Position numbers and translations under genes: made by a program
Shown here: one piece after another, positions 57,618 through 64,000 of the stretch
Layout: the number at the start of each line of letters is the position of its first letter
Numbering within the stretch: the first letter of the stretch is position 1
Notes under the pieces: model-generated
What the model was told of the DNA's origin: nothing
The model's database searches: none
Seen by the model: the letters and a program-made list of their open reading frames with translations, nothing else
Assembly (NCBI GenBank): GCA_036562445.1
Contig: DATCKE010000029.1
Span: forward strand, 11,240-75,239
DNA from: Clostridia bacterium
GTDB taxonomy: Bacteria; Bacillota; Clostridia; Christensenellales; DUVY01
Direction: 5' to 3'
DNA: 64,000 bases

Positions 57618-59971
57618 TTATCCACCTGCTGTCTTATGTATTTTAAAATGGAAGAATCTTCCAAATTAGCTTTTACGGTTTTGTCGGGGTATACGCAAAA
57701 GTCCTGCCAATCGACCTTAAGCACGCCCAATTCCAAGAACACCAGCAAGCAAAACATCAATTGCTTGTAGCTTATTATGCCGTCCTTTACATAGTCGTAA
57801 AACGCCGTAAAGAAGTTGTCCTGGCCTTGGGGGCATTTTTGAAGCATCGCGTAAGCCCGCACAAAGCTTGCCCTTTGGGTGCTTAGACCGTCAAATATTC
57901 CGCGGTCGGCGGGACGGTCTATGACATACACTTTCGCGTTTGACTTTTGGTTTATGTACGATATAGCCCGGTCGGACAAAGGTTTCTCTAAAAAGATAAT
58001 CCTATCAAACCCGCCGAAGTCTATATCAAAGTCGCTTCCAAGCGTTATGCGGTTATAGTTGTTGGGCGTCGTGGAGTAGATATAATTATGGACAAAATAG
58101 TCCGTTATGACGCCCTTTTCCACCGCTTTTTTATACGAGCTAAAGTCGTATGTCAGCACCAATGTGCCGTAAAGCCTGTCATAGTCGATTATCTCGCTTA
58201 GGCTTTCTTCTTTGATTATATCATATTTTGGCGGCTCGTTACTATTATACATTAACAATTTCAATGCCTGAGCGTGTATCTTGTCGGGGCTGGGTATCGC
58301 GTTTATGCGCGGGAAATTGATGTCTTTTAACATTATATTGGGGTATTCTCTGTTCCGATACTTGTTTATGGACAGCTCGACGCCCAGCTCAAAGTCCGCG
58401 CTGACGTTCATAAGCTCTATAAACTTGCCGTAGCCGAAACACACAATGGTGTTTTCGTCCGGTGTTTGGGCTAAAAGGTGGTTGCATTTGTTTTTCATAA
58501 ACTCGGCGGTCAGCGACGGCGCCCTTAGCTTAAACACCGGGCGGGGATTGCCAAAGCCGTAAGGCTCTAACAGCTCTAGCTCTTTTATTAACTCCAAGGT
58601 GATTTGGCTTTCTTCGATTTCCAAGTCGTAAAAACTGTAGGGCAAAAATAAGCGTTTGTCGTATTGGGTTTTTATGTAGTCGTTAATCCTTCTCTTAAAT
58701 TCCTCGAGATTTTCCTTTCTTAGCGAAAACCCGGCGGCTTGAGCGTGGCCGCCAAAGTCTAGCATAATGTCCGAGACGCGGCTTAGCACTTCGTATAAGT
58801 TAATGCCCTCTATGCTGCGCGCCGTGCCTTTATAGCTGTCGCCCGAATCCACCAGCAAAAACGCCGGTCTGCGGTATTCGGTGCTTAACTGCGCGGCGAT
58901 AATGCTGGTCAAACCCTTTTCCCAATGGGCGTGGTGTAAGATAATGGCGTATTGGTTGATTAAATCTATTTCGCTTATTAAATCCAGCGCCTCCAGGTGA
59001 AGCTCGTCGCAAATATCCCGCCTTTTTTCGTTGTCCAGGCAGATTTCTCGTATTATTTCCATTAACTTGAATCTGTCTTTTGTGGTCAAAAGCTCAAACG
59101 CCCTATTAGCGTCGCCCATCCTGCCCGCGGCGTTTATCCTTGGCGAGATTCTGTAAGCTAGGTCGGACGAGGTTATCTCGCCGTTTAGCCCTAGGTATTG
59201 GCAAAGCATTTTAAGCCCTATGTTGACTTGGGGCGAGTTTATCTTTTTTAAGCCCAAAACAACCAAGCTTCGGTTCTCATCCACCAGCGGAACCAAATCC
59301 GCTACGGTCGCGAGCGCGCATAAGTCGTAATATTTGGAAGCGGCTTGCAGTCCGCCCAAAGCTTGGACCACTTTAAGGGCGACGCCCGCGCCGCAGAGCA
59401 TATCAAACGGATAGGCTTGACCTTTTAGCTTGGGGTTTAGCACAATGCATTCGGGCAGCTCTTGCGGCACTTCGTGGTGGTCGGTTACGATAACGTCCAC
59501 CCCTAAATCCATAACCATTTCGACCTCTTTGCGCGCGGATATGCCGCAGTCGCAGCTTATTATAAGGTCGGGCATACAGTTTTCTATGATTTTGGTCAGC
59601 GCGTCCTCGTTTAGGCCGTAGCCGTCGTTGTGGCGGTCAGGGATATAAGGATAGACATTGACGCCGTGGTTTGCCAAAAAGTCGGACAAAATCGCCGTGG
59701 CGCAGATGCCGTCCACGTCGTAATCGCCGTAGATAACCGCGGTCTCGTTGTTGCGCATGGCGCAAATAAGCCGTTGCGCAAGCTCGCGCATACCGCTTAA
59801 CAAGAATGGATCGTGTAAATCTAATTCTGAAGGGTATAGGAATTTTTTTATTTGTTCTTCGGTTTGATATCCTCTTGCGGCTAAAATTTTTAATACTACA
59901 TCGGACAGCCCGAAATTTTTATGAGAAATGTTTACGGGCCGCTCATCCCGCTTCTTAAATATCGTGTTCAT
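57614..59971 (-). CDS. recJ: Single-stranded-DNA-specific exonuclease RecJ
   Basis: 785 aa. DHH-family motifs DYDVDG, DCG and TDHH, plus a DHHA1 motif (GGH). 4-nt overlap with relA. Confidence 0.92.
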   Translation of the reverse strand: MNTIFKKRDERPVNISHKNFGLSDVVLKILAARGYQTEEQIKKFLYPSELDLHDPFLLSGMRELAQRLICAMRNNETAVIYGDYDVDGICATAILSDFLANHGVNVYPYIPDRHNDGYGLNEDALTKIIENCMPDLIISCDCGISARKEVEMVMDLGVDVIVTDHHEVPQELPECIVLNPKLKGQAYPFDMLCGAGVALKVVQALGGLQAASKYYDLCALATVADLVPLVDENRSLVVLGLKKINSPQVNIGLKMLCQYLGLNGEITSSDLAYRISPRINAAGRMGDANRAFELLTTKDRFKLMEIIREICLDNEKRRDICDELHLEALDLISEIDLINQYAIILHHAHWEKGLTSIIAAQLSTEYRRPAFLLVDSGDSYKGTARSIEGINLYEVLSRVSDIMLDFGGHAQAAGFSLRKENLEEFKRRINDYIKTQYDKRLFLPYSFYDLEIEESQITLELIKELELLEPYGFGNPRPVFKLRAPSLTAEFMKNKCNHLLAQTPDENTIVCFGYGKFIELMNVSADFELGVELSINKYRNREYPNIMLKDINFPRINAIPSPDKIHAQALKLLMYNSNEPPKYDIIKEESLSEIIDYDRLYGTLVLTYDFSSYKKAVEKGVITDYFVHNYIYSTTPNNYNRITLGSDFDIDFGGFDRIIFLEKPLSDRAISYINQKSNAKVYVIDRPADRGIFDGLSTQRASFVRAYAMLQKCPQGQDNFFTAFYDYVKDGIISYKQLMFCLLVFLELGVLKVDWQDFCVYPDKTVKANLEDSSILKYIRQQVDN

Positions 59972-60032
59972 TATTTGCTCGCTGTGTTTTTTGTATACAA
60001 TTATACGCTGAATATATGATTTTGTAAAGATG

Positions 60033-60063
60033 TAAAAAAAACGCCGCTTGTTTAAGCGGCGTT
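60033..60063 (-). terminator. Intrinsic terminator after secF
   Basis: AACGCCGCTT-GTTT-AAGCGGCGTT followed by TTTTTTTT on the minus strand. Confidence 0.8.
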
Positions 60064-60083
60064 GGTATTTATTTCTATATATT

Positions 60084-61103
60084 TTAAGCTTCTTTTACGG
60101 CTTCTTCTTTTACTTGGGCTTTTTTGTTCTTGGGCTTTTTGTTTAACAGCGTCCAAACGGAAGGAGCCAAGCACAGCGAGGAATACAAGCCCGAAATCAA
60201 GCCGATTATGATAGGGAACGCGAACTCTCTTATGGAAGGCACGCCGATTATTGCCAATAAGGTTATGGTAAACAGCGTGGTTAGCGAAGAGTTAAGCGTG
60301 CGCCAGAAGGATTCTTTTATGGACTTATTGGCTAGTTCGGCGGAAGTCAAGCCCGCGTTTAACGGGTTCTTGGCGTTTTCTCTGATTCTATCGAATATAA
60401 CCACGGTGTTGTTTATGCAGTAACCTATCAAGGTTATAATCGCCGCGATGAACGTAGAGTTGACTTCTATGCGGGTAAAGGTCATAAACGCCAGCACAAC
60501 CAACACGTCGTGGAACAGCGCGACTACCGCAGCTAGACCGCTTTTTAGCTCAAATCTAATGGTGATATATACCAGCATTAACAGCAAGCCTACATATACG
60601 GCAGCCAAAGCGCCAAACAGCAATTCCGCGCTTACCGTTTGGGATATAGTACTGGAGTCGGCAACGCTGCCGGAATACGGATTCTCAGGGTCAAAGAGCG
60701 CATTGATAAGCGCCTGCTTTAGGTCGGCGGTTACCTTTTCCATATATTCTTCATCGCCTATAGCTTTAAACCTTATCAATATAGAAGCGTTTTCGTCTTT
60801 GCCTTGCATTTGGGCTCTAGAGATTTTTAGGTTGTAGCTATTGCCTTCGCTGTCTTTTAGGTTTTCGACGACTTGCTCGATTTGGGCGAGTTTTTCGTTG
60901 AAGTTATCCTTGGTCAAGGCGGCGCCGTATTTGATTTCCATAGAGTAGCCGCCCTCGAAGTCTATGCCAAGGTTAAGCCCGATTTGAGGAATGAACAACA
61001 GTATCAGACCTAACAAGATTATCGCGCCCGAGGCGATAAAGAAATATTTCCATTTATCGACTATATGCCAGTCTCTATTAAACAAAGATTGTTTTTGGCT
61101 CAT
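60084..61103 (-). CDS. secF: Protein translocase subunit SecF
   Basis: 339-aa polytopic protein with conserved SecF TM blocks. 4-nt overlap with secD. Confidence 0.92.
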   Translation of the reverse strand: MSQKQSLFNRDWHIVDKWKYFFIASGAIILLGLILLFIPQIGLNLGIDFEGGYSMEIKYGAALTKDNFNEKLAQIEQVVENLKDSEGNSYNLKISRAQMQGKDENASILIRFKAIGDEEYMEKVTADLKQALINALFDPENPYSGSVADSSTISQTVSAELLFGALAAVYVGLLLMLVYITIRFELKSGLAAVVALFHDVLVVLAFMTFTRIEVNSTFIAAIITLIGYCINNTVVIFDRIRENAKNPLNAGLTSAELANKSIKESFWRTLNSSLTTLFTITLLAIIGVPSIREFAFPIIIGLISGLYSSLCLAPSVWTLLNKKPKNKKAQVKEEAVKEA

Positions 61104-62449
61104 ACTTGCGCACCCCCGAGTTCTTCTTTAGCGACCGCGTTTTTACGGTTTTTCTTATCGTCGTCTTCATCGGGGATTTCGACAATATCGGCCGCTCTTT
61201 TGAGATTATAAACAGCAGCGTTGACTTTTTCTATACGCAGCATATTTTTAAGAAGCGCTCTAGTGATAACCAAAGAGCAGAACATCGATATCACAACGCC
61301 GATAAGCCAGGTAATGCCAAAGCCTCTGACCGAGCCCGAGCCCATAAAGATTAGGATGATAGCGGCTATAATCGTGGTTACGTTGGAGTCGATTATAGCG
61401 TTTAGCGACCTCTTAAAGCCCGCGGCTACCGAGGCGTTTATTGATTTGCCCAATCTATATTCGTCCTTGATTCTTTCAAATATGATAATGTTGGCGTCGA
61501 CCGCCATACCAATACTCAAGATGATGCCGGCGATGCCAGGCAGGGTTAATTGAACCCAAGGCAGCGCCCATAGCAATAACAAATACAGAGCCATAAAAGC
61601 CAACAAAGACAAAGACGCCATAGCGCCCATAGCCCTGTATAGGACGCACAAAAATACCAATATACCCACAATGCCTATCGCGCCCGCGATTAAGCTGGTG
61701 GTTAGAGCGTTGGCGCCCAAGGTAGGGCTGACAACGCTTGATTCTATCAATTGAAGCCTAACGTCAAAAGCGCCCGCCACTATCTGCTTGGCAAGCCTGT
61801 CCGCGGATTCGTAAGTAAAGTTGCCGGTGATGCTGGCCTTGCCGTTTTCAATAGCCGTTTGGATTACGGGCGAGGAAATAACTTGGTCGTTGACCACTAT
61901 ATCCAAGGTCTTGCCGATATTATTTCTGGTAATGTCGGCGAATCTTTTAGCGCCTACAGAGTTGAATTCAAGCGAAACGACATATCCGCTGTCGGACGTA
62001 TACGCCGCGAAAGCTTCTTTTACAGTATCCCCCGTTAGAACTGTTTCTCCCTCTAATCTAAATTCCAATTTCGCGGGTTCGCCGATAACCTCGAACAACT
62101 CTTTGGGATTTTCTACATCGGGAACCTCTACGCGGATGCGAGTCTCTCCCTCGCGGGTTACGGTGGCTTCCATATAACCTTTTTGGGTAATCATTGAAAG
62201 CAAGCGCGTAACTGTTCCGTCCAAGCGGGAGTCTAGGTTAGTGCGGTCGGGCTCGTCGTCCGCGATATCATAAACGGCGTAAACGCCGCCTTTTAAGTCT
62301 ATGCCGAGTTTGATGCCGCCCGCGAAAGACGTGAATCTGTAATTGGTAAAAGGTATTCGGAACGGCACTAAGGCTAGGACCAACGCAATCGCGATAATAA
62401 TAGACGCAAAGGTCAGTCTTACTATCGCGCGCCTTTTATGCTTTTGCAT
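61100..62449 (-). CDS. secD: Protein translocase subunit SecD
   Basis: 449 aa. A periplasmic-type loop followed by six C-terminal TM segments (GMAVDANIIIFERI). Confidence 0.92.
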   Translation of the reverse strand: MQKHKRRAIVRLTFASIIIAIALVLALVPFRIPFTNYRFTSFAGGIKLGIDLKGGVYAVYDIADDEPDRTNLDSRLDGTVTRLLSMITQKGYMEATVTREGETRIRVEVPDVENPKELFEVIGEPAKLEFRLEGETVLTGDTVKEAFAAYTSDSGYVVSLEFNSVGAKRFADITRNNIGKTLDIVVNDQVISSPVIQTAIENGKASITGNFTYESADRLAKQIVAGAFDVRLQLIESSVVSPTLGANALTTSLIAGAIGIVGILVFLCVLYRAMGAMASLSLLAFMALYLLLLWALPWVQLTLPGIAGIILSIGMAVDANIIIFERIKDEYRLGKSINASVAAGFKRSLNAIIDSNVTTIIAAIILIFMGSGSVRGFGITWLIGVVISMFCSLVITRALLKNMLRIEKVNAAVYNLKRAADIVEIPDEDDDKKNRKNAVAKEELGGAQV

Positions 62450-62518
62450 ATTAACTCCTTCTAATAATCTCGCACTAATTAATTATAAGTTTTTATATTT
62501 TATTAGTCAATCGATTAT

Positions 62519-63856
62519 TTAAGTTCTCTCTAATATATTGACCGCTATGGCGCACTCGGTGCGCTTTTTGATAATCTCGCACATAATGTCAAGGGGCTTG
62601 TTGACGTCGCCGCTAAAGTTATAATTATTAGCCGCGCAGCCGCCCGAACAGTAATACTTGGCGAAACAGTTTTGGCACTTGGGCTTGGTGTGGATGTTGC
62701 TGTTTTGCAAAAGCTCTCGTATGTTTTGGTTTAAAGGAACATAACCTTCCCCGTCCCAAGTCTTTAGGTCGCCTAAAACAAAGTCTTTGTTGCCTACGAA
62801 TTGATGGCAAGGATATATTAGCCCGTCGGGAGCGACAGCCACATACTCGTTGCCCGCGCTGCAGGCGCTCACCCGCTTTTTCTCGCAAGGGCCGCCCTCG
62901 AAGTCTATCATAAAATGGAAGAAATTAAACCATTTGTCGCTCTTGCGGCGTTTTAGGTATTCGCGGGCTAGCTTTTCGTATTCTTGCTTGATTTTTTCCA
63001 GATGCTCTGAGCGGATAGCTAGCGGGTGCTCCTCGGGCAAGACCACGGGTTCTATGGAGATTTGGTCAAAGCCAAGGTCGTTTATGGACAAAACGTCGCT
63101 AGCAAAGTCCAAGTTATGCGAAGTGTAAGTGCCGCGGATGTAATACTCGCCCTCGCCTCTTATATGCCTAAAGCCTTGAGCGAACTTTAACGCGCGCTCA
63201 AAACTTCCCTGCCCGCCGCCTAACGGTCTGTGATAATTATGGACATCTTCCCTGCCGTCTATGCTGATTACCACATTGGACATATTTTGGTTGATAAAGT
63301 CCATCTGGTCTGAATCCAAAATCGAGCCGTTGGTGGTAATGGTAAAGCGGAAGGTTTTGCCCGCTTGTCGGGCTTTTTCTTTAGCGTAAGCCACGGCGGA
63401 CTTCACTACGTCAAAGTTTAACAAAGGCTCGCCGCCGAAAAAGTCTATCTCCAAATGCCGCCTTGAGCCGCTGTGCTTTATCAAAAAATCTATGGCTTTA
63501 AGCGCGATTTCTTCGCTCATATCCATAGCCTGTCCGCCGTAAGTGCCTTCCTTGGCAAAGCAATACTTACACCTTAGGTTGCACCTATGGCTTATGTTTA
63601 GGCACATAGACTTAATTTCGCCGCTGTAGACTGCTTGGTCGGGTTTGGGCGAAGCGACAAACAAAACGCCTTTTTCTTTTAGGGCGGTTAACTCGTCGAT
63701 AGCTTCTTGAATATCTTGGTCTAAGGGAAGCTCGGGCTCTGTCTCGCCGTTTAAGATTTTGCACGCCAAATAAGCGGGATGGTCTATCAAAAAGACGCTC
63801 CCGCTTTCGCTGTCGAGCAAAAAGTATTTATCTAAACATTTAAAAGCGTGAACCAT
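62519..63856 (-). CDS. scfB: SCIFF radical SAM/SPASM thioether maturase
   Basis: 445 aa. CNLRCKYC radical SAM motif and a C-terminal SPASM Cys cluster (CQNCFAKYYCSGGC). Sits directly downstream of a SCIFF-type peptide gene and upstream of secDF, which is the usual synteny. Confidence 0.85.
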   Translation of the reverse strand: MVHAFKCLDKYFLLDSESGSVFLIDHPAYLACKILNGETEPELPLDQDIQEAIDELTALKEKGVLFVASPKPDQAVYSGEIKSMCLNISHRCNLRCKYCFAKEGTYGGQAMDMSEEIALKAIDFLIKHSGSRRHLEIDFFGGEPLLNFDVVKSAVAYAKEKARQAGKTFRFTITTNGSILDSDQMDFINQNMSNVVISIDGREDVHNYHRPLGGGQGSFERALKFAQGFRHIRGEGEYYIRGTYTSHNLDFASDVLSINDLGFDQISIEPVVLPEEHPLAIRSEHLEKIKQEYEKLAREYLKRRKSDKWFNFFHFMIDFEGGPCEKKRVSACSAGNEYVAVAPDGLIYPCHQFVGNKDFVLGDLKTWDGEGYVPLNQNIRELLQNSNIHTKPKCQNCFAKYYCSGGCAANNYNFSGDVNKPLDIMCEIIKKRTECAIAVNILERT

Positions 63857-63857
63857 A

Positions 63858-63892
63858 TATAAACAAAAATATGCAGTAGCCGTCTACTGCAT
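63858..63892 (-). terminator. Hairpin / partial terminator between scfA and scfB
   Basis: ATGCAGTAG-CCGT-CTACTGCAT, perfect 9-bp stem, followed by ATTTTTGTTTATAT on the minus strand, immediately before the scfB start. Confidence 0.6.
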
Positions 63893-63929
63893 CCTTTTTT
63901 TAGATTTTTTTGAAATTTAGAAAGTCCTA

Positions 63930-64000
63930 TTATAAGCAGACTTTAACTTTAGGATTGCGAGTTATCTTTCTGTCGCAGTTTTGATTGGCGACCGTGCAGC
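63930..64000 (-). CDS. scfA: SCIFF precursor peptide, 3' fragment (5' end outside the window)
   Basis: Hand translation of the minus strand gives ...(S)CTVANQNCDRKITRNPKVKVCL*. CTVANQNC matches the conserved SCIFF C-terminal core SCTVGNQxC. Stop codon at 63930-63932. Confidence 0.75.
   Translation of the reverse strand, partial: CTVANQNCDRKITRNPKVKVCL

Overview
The window reads as an ordinary chromosomal segment of a strictly anaerobic, Clostridia-like Firmicute. Coding regions are about 45-50% GC, spacers are very AT-rich, and most genes lie on the minus strand. All family calls come from motifs I recognise in the supplied translations; no searches were run.

Contents, left to right:
- A phosphorolytic cellodextrin-utilisation locus: a GH5 lipoprotein endoglucanase, a LacI repressor, a sugar ABC importer, and divergent tandem GH94 cellodextrin and cellobiose phosphorylases.
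- A P2-type cation ATPase preceded by a yybP-ykoY (Mn2+) riboswitch, then an SDR.
- A hydCBA electron-bifurcating [FeFe]-hydrogenase operon, followed directly by an ABC binding protein and permease with no ATPase.
- Phosphoglucomutase, tRNA-Val(GAC), a SipW-type signal peptidase, manA, queH, galU and murG.
- Three uncharacterised envelope genes.
- A purE-C-M-N-H-D-L operon.
- A tsaE-tsaB-rimI-hydrolase-murF-like-ddl operon.
- A Zn-ribbon/TM2 protein, an amidase-domain protein and galE.
- ppdK, rpsO-pnp, a HemZ-like radical SAM enzyme, an MBL hydrolase, relA, recJ and secDF.
- The SCIFF RiPP pair, scfB plus the 3' end of scfA, cut by the window edge.

I found no rRNA, CRISPR array, IS or transposon, prophage or recognisable defence genes. 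I also found no convincing novel multi-gene system.

The most unusual observations are at the residue or domain level:
1. PurL's C-terminal glutaminase domain lacks the catalytic Cys and His.
2. HydA carries TSCSP instead of the canonical TSCCP H-cluster motif.
3. The MurF-like ligase has a roughly 170-aa polytopic membrane domain in place of its N-terminal domain.
4. The ATPase-less ABC pair appears co-transcribed with the hydrogenase.
5. SipW has a 60-aa poly-acidic tail.
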